From contig NC_043012.1 in the NCBI RefSeq assembly GCF_006345805.1, forward strand, positions 40,920,001 through 40,984,000: a DNA stretch of 64,000 nucleotides. The letters are read 5' to 3'. Below, one piece after another: positions 51,188-64,000 of the stretch (its first letter is position 1; the number at the start of each line of letters is the position of its first letter). Below the pieces are notes generated by a model, which was given only the letters and a program-made list of their open reading frames with translations, made no database searches and was not told the origin of the DNA. The position numbers and the translations under genes are program-made. Origin of the DNA: Octopus sinensis (Eukaryota).

Positions 51188-53057
51188 AATCCTGCAACTG
51201 ACCGTTTAAATGAAACTTTGTGATCTTGGTCAAGTATAGAAGATGAAAAGAAGGCAAACAGCCTTATGAGTCCTAGGGCTAAAAAATATAAAATGATAAT
51301 TGCAAAGTGAAGAGAAACGTCATTACGTATAATTTAAAAATATATAGGTTTATAGTTTGATATCTAATCTGAGACTAGGAACACACCGAAACAGAATCAG
51401 CCAACGGGTGACTGTTGGAGATGAAACTGGTGTTCACGTACTGTAGATATAAATATTGTAAATATTCTCTTTAATGATGAGGTAAATGGAATGAAAAATG
51501 AAACGGTAACCTTGATATGTAAAAAAACAACTCTTTTAATACCGTAGTTGACTAACTTCCAGTACTTCAAAAATAGTATTAACTATAATAAACCTGGGCA
51601 TTTTCATCCCTATAAATCTTTGAAGATTTTATCACATCACTGAGTCGCTGCTTCCTTTAGAAAATTACTTAAAACGGTTCATCAATAATCTAAAACCTCT
51701 TTTTTCGTATCTAATTGAATCTTGAAGCCGATTTAATATTGAGATGCTTGATAAATAGAGCTTAGCTGTAATGAGGGGCGGAGGAAGAGTAGAAAGTGTG
51801 AGGGGAGGGGTCACTGCCACTCAAATATAGAACTGAAAAAGAAACAAACAAAAAGAATAAAAAACCTACAAATGTCAAACACATTTGAGCGACATGACGC
51901 TTCCCCGACCCCCCACGCCAGAAATGACTCTTTACAGCCTTTCATTCGGCACATCCTATTATCCATTGAAGTCAAATGATGTTATCGGAAACTTTCGATC
52001 AACAGTTGTTTGCATCACCAATATTCAGCTCAATAAAGTATTGATAAAATTCATTCGAATAATATTTGTTTTATCGATTTTCTTAACCCAAAAGTCAAAG
52101 ATTATTTTTTTAGCTTAACGTATAAAGCAAAGCCTGTATTTTTTTTTGTTTGTTTTGTTTTAGTGTCTTCATTTACTGGTAAATGTTCGCCAATTTTCAA
52201 TAGAAATATGATGACTGTACTATTCCTTTACTGAACATACCTTCCATATTTATCTATGGCCTTTTAGCTATTTCATATGTCTATGGAGGACTCGTATTGT
52301 AAAATATTATATGCTAATAATTTTCATTATATTTTTGGTCATGCGGTGTTTTTGTGGTGCTAAATTAAGATCTCAGTAAATAGAGTTTCGATTTCCAGTT
52401 GGAAAGGTTCCTCTGTAATTATGTTGCTAATGAACTTGGCTAAGACCATCATAACTAACCAATCCCCATTCTTTCAACAGTCGATTTGGGGCCAATGGAC
52501 TTAATAGAGTAAAGGCAAAATAAATAAAATAAATTATGAAATTGTGGGAGATCCATTAGGACGTCAGATGAAATGCTTTGTGCTCTTTCTTCCATATTTC
52601 AGCGGTACGAGTCGAAATTTCACCGACGTCAATTTTGAGGTTGATGCTTTCGATATTGATAAATAAATTACTGATTCAGAGCAGCGTGGATGGGTGAATA
52701 TTTGATGGTCAGACAAGATATGCAGCAGCATGTGTTTCATCTTTGTTCTTTTGCGTTCTGAGTTCGAAATTTGCTTAGGAACTCAAGTCTTACTCTTTGG
52801 TAAGTCATTCATTCATTATACACGGAGACGATGTAGAAAGTAACGATAGACTGTGACACAGGTATCTCTCTACACCAAGCAGACCTCTTCTCTCAAATAA
52901 AGAAAAGTTGTAATTAAAGCAGAGATTTTGAAGACCTAGCATGAGGATAGGAATCGAACTCACGTCATATTCTCAATATCAATAAACCTCAATAACGAAT
53001 AGCCACAGGTTATAAGAAATGTTTAAACAATCCTCTGCAACGAGGACATTTACCGAC

Positions 53058-53446
53058 GATGGATGGAAGCACTCCGTCGGTTACGACGATGAGGGTTCCG
53101 GTTGATCCGAATCAACGGAACAGCCTGCTCGTGAAATTAACGTGTAAGTGGCTGAGCACTCCACAGACACGTGTACCCTTAACGTAGTTCTCGGGGATAT
53201 TCAGCGTGACACAGAGAGTGACAAGGCCGGCCCTTTGAAATACAGGTACAACAGAAACAGGAAGTAAGAGTGGGAGAAAGTTGTGGTGAAAGAGTACAGC
53301 AGGGATCACCACCATCCCCTGCCGGAGCCTCGTGGAGCTTTAGGTGTTTTCGCTCAATAAACACTCACAACGCCCGGTCTGGGAATCGAAACCGCGATCC
53401 TATGACCGCGAGTCCGCTGCCCTAACCACTGGGCCATTGCGCCTCC
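53058..53446 (-). mobile_element. Full-length tRNA-headed SINE family B with tail T1
   Basis: A-box TGGCCCAGTGG and B-box GTTTCGATTCCC; middle shared with 30929; tail shared with 37488. Confidence 0.92.
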
Positions 53447-54001
53447 ACATATTTATTAATATACACTGTGATTAATTCTATGGAATATTTACTCCGCTGC
53501 TGTTTTACGTTTAACCATATTATTATTACAGTTATTATTGGTAGTATTTAAATGTGTAGAGGTTGAAATGTACTTACCATGAAGATAAGAAGTAAGTCAA
53601 TATTTTAAACTATAGACTCATAATGAAAGAAGACAGAATGCAGAATACTGGTATTGTGCATTGCCACTGAAATGTACGCGGAAACGTTACATTTTACCAA
53701 CATTATAGGGTTCGTTTTGGTCACTGTCAAAAAAGGAAATTTTAAAGTTAAGTGAAAAGTTTCAAATTTGGTGCATTGATATAAAATGTTATGCTTAATT
53801 CGAATTTGGGATTCATTTATTCTCAGATAAATTTATCAAAAATATTAAAATGATGCCAAGTTTGATAGCTCTTAGTTCATAAAACAAAAATAAAATAAAT
53901 AAATAAAGAAAAATACAGGAATCGGATGCCACGCATTTTCTATGTGGTAGTTGTTTGTCACAAAATGACCGACAGAAATAACACAGACGCAATACGATAC
54001 C

Positions 54002-54233
54002 TATTTCTTTATTACCCACAAGGGGCTAAACACAGAGGGAACAAACGAGGACAGACATAGGTATTAAGTCGATTACATCGACCCCAGTTCGTAACTGGTA
54101 CTTAATTTATCGACCCCGAAAGGATGAAAGGCAAAGTCGACCTCGGCGGAATTTGAACTCACAACGTAACGTAGACGAAATACCGCTAAGCATTTCGCCC
54201 GGCGCGCTAACGTTTCTGCCAGCTCGCCGCCTT
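54002..54233 (-). mobile_element. SINE family A (alternative tail) with 18-bp target-site duplication
   Basis: cagacgcaatacgatacc (53984) and cagacacaatacgatacc (54234). Confidence 0.95.
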
Positions 54234-54494
54234 CAGACACAATACGATACCACTCGTCAAAATTGGTGGTGGTGGTTGCGGTGGTGGTGGTGGTGGTTGC
54301 GGTGGTGAAGGTGCTGCAGTCACGAAATTACGGCGTCCTTGTTACAGTGAAAATAGAGCAGACAACAACTTTGGTTCTTATGATATGAAAACATTGGTAT
54401 TATGAAAACAAGGACCAATGGGAAATTTATGGTCGTGTGTATAAAGGTGGCTTTTAATTAGATAAAATTACCAAAATTTTACAAAGTTTGAAGC

Positions 54495-54602
54495 TATTGA
54501 CTGCTCAATTGGTATTTATTTTATTAACTCCGAAAGGATGTTGACCTCGGTGGAATTTGAACTCGTAACGTAAAACCGGACAAAATGGTGTTAAGTATTT
54601 TG
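54495..54602 (-). mobile_element. Degraded SINE family A fragment
   Basis: gttgacctcggtggaatttgaactc. Confidence 0.65.
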
Positions 54603-55989
54603 AAAATACGAAAACCATAGCTATGCGCTGCACATATCTAAAGCAGGCAGATCTGTGTTCGGTAGTACCATGAAAGAACACAAGAAAAATAAGACAATTA
54701 AATAATAATAATAATGATAATAAATAAATAAATAGTATAAATTCATCATAGAAAGAAATTCTTCAGCTGTTCTTGATACTTGACTGCTTCAATAATGAAA
54801 TTATTTTATGAATTTCGTAACGGAGATTTTAGCTACTAGTCTGAGATACCTACTTAATGTGAAGGCAATTTGATTAAACGTAAATTAAATCTTTATAGAT
54901 TTTTAACAATGTTTTGTGTTTCTTAACAACGTGGAAACCTATACAAAACATGGCCGCTGTGTACAGCTTTACGGCATCTCGTATTGGTTTATAGCGTGTA
55001 AGCTTTGGTGTCAGGTTTATGTCACAACGTTTACACGAGCCGTATAGTTTGCCAAGAAAAGTGGTGGATTTAGTTACTTAAACTGTTTGAAACTAAATCT
55101 AAGATGAAAAAAGCGTATAAAGCAGTAAATAAAATAAGCTAGTTCTTTTAAAAGATTAAAACCCGATTCTTTGTTTGCAGAATATTATTATTGCTTGCCG
55201 AAAAATAAGACAAAAGAGAGAAACGCAAAAGAAATTCTAATAGAGTATTGTGTTATGTCAAATCACTGTAGAAGACACACATACAAAAGCCGATAATTGA
55301 ATAGCTATTTCATTAGTCTAATAGAAGTTATCGAATTTCTAGAAGAGACAAAATGAAGGAAAAATTCCATCATCCGAACGACCATTGGTGATTTTCATTT
55401 CCAAGAACTAAAAAGTAAAGAAAAAAAAAGAGTTATGCAAACTGTAAACAGATTTAAATAGCCAACCATCTGACATATTTAGTTGCAGTCATACTGGAAA
55501 AGATTTTCACTTCATATTTTTTAGTTTTCACCATAATATCCGAAAGAAGTTAGAGAAGATTCACCGAAATTCTATGAAACCTGAAACATTTCCCAATTAT
55601 ATCGTTGTTTAGCCCTAGGTAATCCTGGTCAAAAACTATTATAATCAAATGCACTCCAGCCGTGGCAATCTTGTAATTCTTCAAATTCGGATAATTGATA
55701 TAAAGCTATGTTATCCAATGCGTCTTTATTTTTAATGCTAATGTACGATTTTATGGATATTTGACTGCTATTTCTAATAGATCGCTAAACATTTAGAGGC
55801 CCAAAAGGAAGATTTCTATCTGACGAATGTACTCGTCCCATATCAATATTTCGATACAAAATCAATAAATAAATCTATAAAATTATAAAATTTAGCTAAT
55901 TCTTGTTAGTGGTTTCAGTCAGTGAGCATTCGCCAAAGAATCTTCTGGAAAGGTTTCTATTCCTACTTGTCTTTCTCCTTCTTTTCCCC

Positions 55990-56242
55990 TTCTCCTCTTC
56001 CACCCCTTCTTCTTCTTCTTCTTCTTCTTCTTCTTCTTCTTCTTCTTCTTCATCTTCTTCTTCTTCTTCTTCTTCTTCTTCTTCTCTTCTTCTTCTTCTC
56101 CTCCCTCGGCTACTCCTGCTTAAACCATCAACTCTCTGTACCAAAACTACCTCTTCAAATTTACTACTACCTACCTACCTACCTACCTACCAACGTACCT
56201 ACCTACCCATCAACCAACCAACCAGCCAGGCATTCACAAAGG

Positions 56243-56310
<68 letters not shown>
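55990..56310. repeat. (TTC)n, (ACCT)n and (GA)n microsatellites
   Basis: Direct; source of the poly-E/S/L ORFs. Confidence 0.95.
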
Positions 56311-56311
<1 letters not shown>

Positions 56312-56339
56312 TGTCTGAAAACTATAGAAATATTTACCT

Positions 56340-56505
56340 CTTCAAACACTATGAAAATATCTACAAAACATTTCACTCAATTTTTTTCTCCAATTTAATT
56401 GTTTTTCTTATTTTACTCTTAGTTGAAAAGCCTAAAAATACGGAAACCGGTACTAAAATATGCTTCATGACAAAATTATCATTTTCTATCTTGTCTTATT
56501 TTCCT
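56340..56505 (+). mobile_element. Diverged single-arm relative of the 33809-34479 fold-back
   Basis: Shares the gttgaaaag..gaaaccggtact block and its flanks. Confidence 0.65.
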
Positions 56506-56532
56506 TAAACATATCAACTAGTGTGCTACTTT

Positions 56533-56635
<103 letters not shown>

Positions 56636-56649
56636 CTCACTATATATAT

Positions 56650-56798
56650 TCACGACGGGTTCCTTCCCATAATTCCTGTACCAAATTTCACTCATAAGGT
56701 ACCAATTCAAGTTAAAGCAGCTGTCGCCGCGCTGTGAAATCGAACCAGAAACGACGTGGTTGCAAAGTGAACATCAGAATCAAACGGCTGTGTCTATG
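56650..56798 (-). mobile_element. Degraded SINE family C, 5' part
   Basis: gacggg..aatttcactcataagg..gaaccagaaacgacgtggttg. Confidence 0.55.
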
Positions 56799-57858
56799 CT
56801 TATAATTTTTTTAGATAAAAAAGAAAATAATTAATTTTCCTACATGAAATATAGCTGAAAATTTTAACGTACACTCACTTTACAACGCTCTGTATTTAGT
56901 CAAGAATAATTTCGAAAGAAGAGAAGACAGTTGGAAGAAAAGAAAAAAAAAACGGAGCGGAAGAGAAAAGGAAGGCATATTGCGAAAAAGAAAAAGAAGA
57001 TAAAGATAGAGAGAGGGAAAGGAAGACAAGAGAGGAGAAACAGAAAGAGAATCGTAATGTTAAATTTGTATAAGCATCAAATTCTGTCTTACAGTAGATG
57101 ATAAAATATGAGGCTATCACTAGCAGTTTGCATACAACATGCCAAAAGTCTTAAACATGCATTATCTCAGCATTATACAGAACATACATGATATAAATGA
57201 GCTCGGTGAAGGCTCAATATGTCAAGATGCATGCTGTTGGATCGTTTACTGAAATCATTAGTTTTGCAAAAAGACTTGACATTTATGATTACTTTCACCA
57301 TGGCGAATGTAGAGTTGCTTTTCACTTCCGGTTGCTTGTCCGTTAATGGCGTCACATCTTTACATTTATGAGGATTGTTTTTGTTTTGTGTCTTTTTATC
57401 ATTTTATGTCATCGATTTTTATGAGATCGATATCATGCTGAGTTGCGTTCTGTCTAATCTAGTCTTCTTTCTAATTGAGTGATGGGGTGAGTGAAAAGTT
57501 GTCATTTTGTTCGTGTGTGGTGGTGGTGGTGGTGGTGGTTATAAACCTCGTACATCTCTTTGAATTTGTTAACTTGAAAACTTAACGCCTATTTATGGAC
57601 ACGTGACATACTTAAAAGTTTGCTTTGATATATAATGGTCACGTGATGTATTTACAAATTTATGTTGTTGGTCATGGATATATGTACAAGTTTACACGGC
57701 ACCTAAACTATCAGCTACTACTCACCTCAAATAGGATTTTCCTAATTATGTCATTAGTGTGCGCTCATGCTGGAGCTCCAAGTTCAAGTGTCTTAGTCTA
57801 TCATATTTTTGAAATTACTATTTGTAAATCTACAAATCTATTTGTACTCCAGATTAGA

Positions 57859-58235
57859 GATTATTTGCCCAAATTAAAATGGCAGTCCTGGTTTAGGACG
57901 AATGTTGCTGTAATTTAGCCCCAGGAGACATCGTCTCCAGCTGACTATACGACTCGATCTGTGTCCTTATATTTTCGAACAAGGGCATTTAGCACCCAAA
58001 CTCAGCTCAAGAACAATATCTGCGTATCGCGATTTCCGGGTTATTTCCCTCCATCACCCGGAAATCGCGATACGCAGATATTGTTTTGAGCTGAGCGAGG
58101 TTGGTAAACGTCCTTGTTCGAAAATATAAGGACACAGATCATGTCGTATAGCCAGCTGGAGACGATTATCCTGGGGCTAAATTACTGCAACATTCGTCCT
58201 AAACCAGGACTGCCATGTTATGTTGGCAAATAATC
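57859..58235. mobile_element. Fold-back or MITE-like element, about 180-bp arms, 14-nt loop
   Basis: tggcagtcctggtttaggacgaatg.. and its reverse complement with scattered mismatches. Confidence 0.75.
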
Positions 58236-59183
58236 ATTACTCTATCATATTTATAACTTATTTGAATCTTCTACTTGTATTCATTTAAAAAAATGAATTT
58301 ATATTGATGAGTATCAAGAAAAGAAAAATAAAAACATTAATTTTGGGAGCAACTTTTAAAGCTGCGTACAGACTATTTACGAAGTGTTTGGTTTTACCTC
58401 GCTTTGTTATTGCCATAATCTACCGCCATCTATTATTGCAAAACTTAATTTAATGCAACTGATATTAAATATTAGCAGCACTGTTGCAAAATTGTATAGG
58501 CAAATGAATTAGTGTTTTCATTTTTCTCAAAATCATAATTAAAATTAATTCTACCGCCTGTTCTCCGATGTGAAAATTATTGAACAAAATTCAATGAAGC
58601 AATAATTACAACGCACATTTTGTCATCATTTTGCAATTCGTTTTGGATTCACTGAAGAAATCAAGCCATTTCTATAAACGTGAATATCTTTCCAAAGTTT
58701 GACTTTCGCTTATGGAAAACGAGATTAAGGACATTCTCGATCAAAAGAAAGAAGCAGAAAGAAAAGAAAGAAAAAAACAAAAAACCAAAAACAAAACAAA
58801 AAACCACACACACAAACACACACAACAAGATAGGTCGTTAAAGAATGTCTATTGACGAATAATGTAGTCGAATAATTTTGAAGAGCATTTATCGAATTAT
58901 AGAAAGGCTGTTACGCTTTAATAGGCTTCAGAGAATTGATATAACTAGATTAGGAATTCTCAAATGTATTTTATGGGTCTTGTTAAAATACAAATTATAT
59001 CCTGACTATCAAAAATAATCTGTATTCTATCGAAAAAATATCAACTTTCATGAATAAACTTGTTCCTAATTACTTCGTGTGATTAGCTAAATTTCGGAAT
59101 TTTTGCCTCACATAAAGCAAAATGGAACGAAAAGAGTACAGCGTTAGGCATATAGCTTTGCAATGTTTATGCTTAAAGTAAGT

Positions 59184-59391
59184 GGGTGAGCTGGCAGAAT
59201 CGTTAGCACAAAATGCTTAGCGGCATTTTGTCCGTCTTTACATTCTGAGTTCAAATTCCGCCGTGGTAGACTTTGCTTTTCATCCTTTCGGGGTCGATGA
59301 AAATAAGTACCAGTTGAACCCTGGCGTCGATGTAATCGACTCGACTCCCTCCCCCAAAATTGCTGGCCGTTTGCCACAATTTGAAACCAAT
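59184..59391 (+). mobile_element. SINE family A
   Basis: Full head to tail. Confidence 0.92.
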
Positions 59392-60049
59392 ATTTACGGT
59401 TACGCATAATATATTCTCGACTGTTCTGTGTTCTAGAATCGAACTCCGCTCGCTTCGATTTTACTTTGCCGTATTTAAGGTTATTGCAAAGCCAATATTT
59501 ACGGGTGGATAGCAGTTCCATCATGTAACGTTCATTTTAATCTTAACCGTTATCTATTAACTAAAATCGAACTAGCGAAGTTCGATTTTACTTTGCACTA
59601 AGTTAGGGTTACCCCAACTCCAACCCAATATTCGCGGAGGGACACCAGTTCTATCGAATATGGTTAATCATAAACTTAACTATTGTCTGTCTACGTTCTA
59701 GCTTGGAACATTTCTCGCTTCGATTTTACTTTCATCCCTCTGGCGTCGATAAGATAAATATATTTCATGTATTGAGTCGGTTCTGTCGAATCTACTATTC
59801 AGTCGGCCAAAAATAGCTCTTGTGCATAATCAAAAGAATTTCCTAATAAATAATAACATATTCATACTCCAGCTAGGATTCAGTGTGGATAGCTGTAAGG
59901 ATAAATAGCAATCAGTGTGATATTGAACGGCTAAACTATCTTAACCATTCTATTCGGTTAGCGAGAAGAAACAATTGACATTCATTCGGGAAAGGAATAA
60001 ATGTGTCTGGACTTCACAGCTAACTTTGAGATAATGTAGTTACAATGGG

Positions 60050-60210
60050 CGGCGGCGTAGCTGCTGTAGGAGTGAATGTTTAACAAGTTTACTTCGCAAC
60101 CACGGGGTTTCGAATTCAGTCCTGTTTCGTGGCATCTTCAGCTAATGTCATTTTCTATAGCCTCAGGTCAACCCATACATTGGTGGGCGAAACTGTACTG
60201 AAATTTGACA
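60050..60210 (+). mobile_element. Degraded SINE family C, 5' part
   Basis: gcaaccacggggtttcgaattcagtcc..ttctatagcctcaggtcaacc. Confidence 0.5.
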
Positions 60211-60852
60211 AATACCCCACGGATGGCGCAGACGCCGTAATTGTGGCCGTCATTCGTTGCTGAGGTGTTGAGTTCATGTTCGAAGTTACATGTGGTCCCT
60301 GGTCACATACATTCACACTTTGGGACAGTGAGTGAAATTGGGTGGATGGAAACTGTATAGAAGCCTGGTGGATTGCACCCGTAATTCAAATGATACAGCC
60401 TTGCTACACAATTTGTCTGTGGAATACTCAGCCTCTTTACACTTCAATTTGGAAACAGGTAATCAGTTGATCGCACAATGGAATCCTCGTGGTCGAACGA
60501 CGAAGATCCACCACTAGCACCTCCACCATTACCTATCAGCACACTACCACTAGCAGGAATGCCTATCGTTCAATAATTCGTTTCGTAACCACGTAGTCCC
60601 GATTTTGACCATCACTGTGTGGTCTCTTGACCAAATGTATTCTACCACAATATCGGAAATGGAGCAAAGCTGAATCTGACGAGGGTCGAACTCGGAACTC
60701 ACAGTAACGTAAGACGGTCAGCGTTACAGGATAGGAATGGCTGTGCGGCTGAGATGTTCTTCGAACCTACGTGATTTCGAGTTCATTCCTGTGATGCCGA
60801 ACCTTTGGGCAAATGCCTGTTCCCAAAAAGCTTTCACTCAAGTACAATACTA

Positions 60853-61030
60853 ATCTCAAATTCTGGCACAAAGCCAGCAGTTTCAGGGGGAAGGGACTTA
60901 TCGATTACATCGATCACAGTGCTGAACAGGTACTTATTTTATCGACCCCCAAAAAGGATGACTCGGTGGAATTTGAACTCAGAACGTAAAAACGGACGAA
61001 GTGCCGGCAAGGCCTTTGACTGGCGCTGTT
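60853..61030 (-). mobile_element. SINE family A
   Basis: cgattacatcga..ggtggaatttgaactcagaacgt. Confidence 0.8.
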
Positions 61031-61174
61031 AATTATAATAATGTGGATGGAATTTTGTTAATGGATATCGTACTGAAGCTCACCGGAGCTCACCTCACGT
61101 TTCGACCTTACAGTTCTTGTTTCCAGGATCCAGGAATAACGTACTCATGTTCCGCTCTTTCTCTCTCTCCTTCT

Positions 61175-61300
61175 GTGTGTGTGTGTGTGTTCTACTACTA
61201 CTACTACTACTACTACTGCTGCTGCTGCTGTTGCTGCTGCTGCTACTACTACTACTACTACTACTGCTACTACTGCTGCTGCTGCTGCTACTAGTACAAC
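61175..61300. repeat. (TG)n then (CTA/CTG)n
   Basis: Direct. Confidence 0.95.
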
Positions 61301-63287
61301 TAGTACCTCATCCTTTGCCGCTGTTACTACTTCCGCTGATGGTGATGAGATATTCAGTTGTTGCTGTTGCTTCGAGTAATAGGTCTACTTTTATTGCCGT
61401 GGTTGTTTAGCCCCCCGCCATGTCAGACTTGATGCAGTAGCAGTAGGCCTATAATGCATAACGTTCCAGCCATGACCTTTTCGTATGTTATTCAGGGTTA
61501 GTGCTTTATTACTATCTTACTCAATGTTCCTAGATATCAGCTTATTTAAGAGTATATAAAGAGGAGGTGTGACGAATGAGGGAAAACTTGGTCGTTGTTT
61601 CTAGCATGTTGACCAGCAACGTCGAGGTCTCGTTTCTGAATGGTTATTGTATCCATTGTTTTGCAGAGTTTTAGACTTCGTCATTTATCTGCGAATGTTA
61701 ATCTTGTTTCTTAATGTTAGCGTCGATAGTTAAACTGCTAATGCGATCACTGTTGAAAATACGATAAATATAACGCGCAGAACAAAAACTTAATTGTTTA
61801 AACAATGATATTACTGTGATTAGCCGCTCTATTCATTGATCAATCGATCCCCGAATGTTTAGATATTTAGATCAATGTTATTTAGATACTTTGATCACTA
61901 ACATTCACATAAAAGATTTATAGGTCAATTCTCAGATTTTCGTTTGTTGTCCGATCAAACGTTATTGTGAAAATATTATATTAATCTTCAGAACAGTTGA
62001 TGAAATTTGTAAAGAATATTGATAAAGCTTATAGTGTTTTTCATTATTATCGATGAAAACCTTTCACACTTGTTTTGCTGATAAATTTACATTTAGATAC
62101 AATATATATATATATATATATATATATGTGCTTCCTACGCTTTTGTTTTTCATATCAAAAGAATAAATATGTACATTTGTGTTTTATTGCAATTATGGTT
62201 TGACACGGACGTTAAGAGTGTAACATTTGAACGCTTGATAAGATCGCTGTTGTATCATTAACGACGAGTGGACAAACAGCAAATCTTCTCTAATGAAAGC
62301 AGGTTAGAGATTCAAACAATGCCGCTAGGTGTCGCTTTGAAAGAAGTCGGGTGATTAACTGCTACGGTTTATTTCGCATCCGATTTCCATCGATGCAGCC
62401 CTTTACTAGCTGAGCAATTCCACTCATGGTAACTCCAGGAATTCAAAATCACTCAAGAGGATCTGGACATGCACCAATGATGATTACATTAGTAAATGCA
62501 GTAAAGCTTTCTGGGCCGTGAATTGGCAGACTCAGTTGAGCCAAAGTTAGAATTGCTGTCGCTGCTTGTTTCACTTAAATGAGATACGGGTTGAAATCCC
62601 ACTAAGATCATATTTGCCTCTTATCCTTTCGGAGTCGATAATAAATTACCAGCCAAAAATAATCCGGTATAATGGAAGCTTCGAGGTGCATTATGGTATT
62701 TCTGCTGCTTCCTTGCGTTTCGAGTAGACTTATCCGATTTAAACCCAGCCTCTTGGGTGTCTTTAATTGATTTCACTCTACGGAGTGATTTTAGCCTACG
62801 GAAATGTATTTGGGTTAAGCCTTTGGTCTGAGAATAACTTCCTCTCACCAGTCCGAGTTGGGGAAGAACTGAAACATAGAAAAAGACATGGCCGTTTCAA
62901 TCTCCGACTCTTCCGGTAAAAAATGACAAGAGGAATAGTAAAAGCAAACTTTTCTAACGAAGAGTTATTGTAGGAAGCAATAATGTTGTCTTAAATTTCA
63001 AAGCGACCAGAAATATAACCAACCAGCCAATCAACCAATCAACAAACTCTTCAGGATTAGCAATTTTAGTGAGATATCTGACAATATAATGATGTTTCAT
63101 TTCGTTGAAATTATTTAAGTGAATTGTATTGAGGTGGTTGACGAAGATTTTAAATGAAAATGTTTGTAACTGCGGTCACCCATTAGATATTATAAAATTA
63201 CAGAGTGACACGACAGAATATTGAAACTGGAACGTCACTGAGGCATTGCAGTTCTTCCTGTAGCTTCAATATTACCAAGAATTCTAA

Positions 63288-63504
63288 GGCGGTGAGCGTG
63301 CAAAATGGTTAGCAGGTTAGGCAAAATACTTAGCGGCGTTTCAACCGTCTTTACGCTCTGAGTTCAAATCCCGCCGAGGTTGACTTTGTCTTTCATCTTT
63401 TCGGGGGTCAATAAAATAATACCACCAGTTGCGTATTGGGGTCAATGTCATCGACTTATCTCCTCTCCGAAATTGCTGGCCTTGTTCCAAACTTTGAAAC
63501 CAAT
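63288..63504 (+). mobile_element. SINE family A
   Basis: B-box GAGTTCAAATCCC; ends aaactttgaaacc. Confidence 0.88.
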
Positions 63505-64000
63505 ATGTAACAAGGCTTGCTTTATTTCATCGAACATCGCACTCCAATCGTTACAGACGTTTCCCATATGTCCATTTAGCTGATTTCCGTTATCATATAT
63601 AACAAGGAACGTTGATGAATTGTGGTTGTCTTTGTGGTTGTCGTTTCCCAAATATTTCAGTCAGTTCCGTCTCCGTTTCATAAAAGTCACAAAAGGTAGC
63701 GGAGTAGAATTCTAAGTTGCAAATACTTTGAGCATCATTAATGTTTTATATAGCTGTCCAGTTTCGAATTACTTAATTAAAAAAATCAAAAACAGTCGCA
63801 TACATTTGCAGGTCGTAATTCTAAGAAAGCACAAATAATTTATTGTTACATAATTGTAAAATGTTTTATAGTTAATTAATTTGATAATTACATTATCATT
63901 TCGTTTGTTCAATGACCGTAATCGCAAATCAGAATCCGTGACATTCATGTTCTATTTTCTTAATATCAGTGAGAAAAAAAAACAACTTGTTGCTGCAAAT

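Noticed and set aside
53370-53446. tRNA gene (also the heads at 30929, 37465 and the family A/C heads)
   Set aside because: A and B boxes are present, but the sequence continues into SINE bodies and has no proper acceptor stem.

Overview
AT-rich, microsatellite-saturated eukaryotic DNA. The repeat families resemble those of cephalopod (Octopus-like) genomes, which is my inference. The window looks intronic or intergenic, and I recognise no intact host gene. It contains: (i) five truncated R4/Dong-like non-LTR retrotransposons (RT plus CCHC plus restriction-like endonuclease), each abutting (TAA)n-type triplet arrays; (ii) two CR1/L2-like and one RTE-like LINE remnant; (iii) more than 25 tRNA-headed SINEs from several families that appear to swap heads, middles and tails; (iv) Helitron-like ends and two mariner-derived MITEs; (v) at least seven fold-back or palindromic insertions, mostly next to (TA)n tracts. 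Several of these fold-backs or related repeats carry minimal type-I hammerhead-ribozyme-like motifs, of the kind known from Penelope-like elements. The best-formed one (34384-34421) has a U3/A8 core in place of C3/G8. A few weak candidate host exons are noted. The homopolymeric ORFs in the supplied track are microsatellite artefacts. There is no CRISPR array, rRNA or true tRNA gene.
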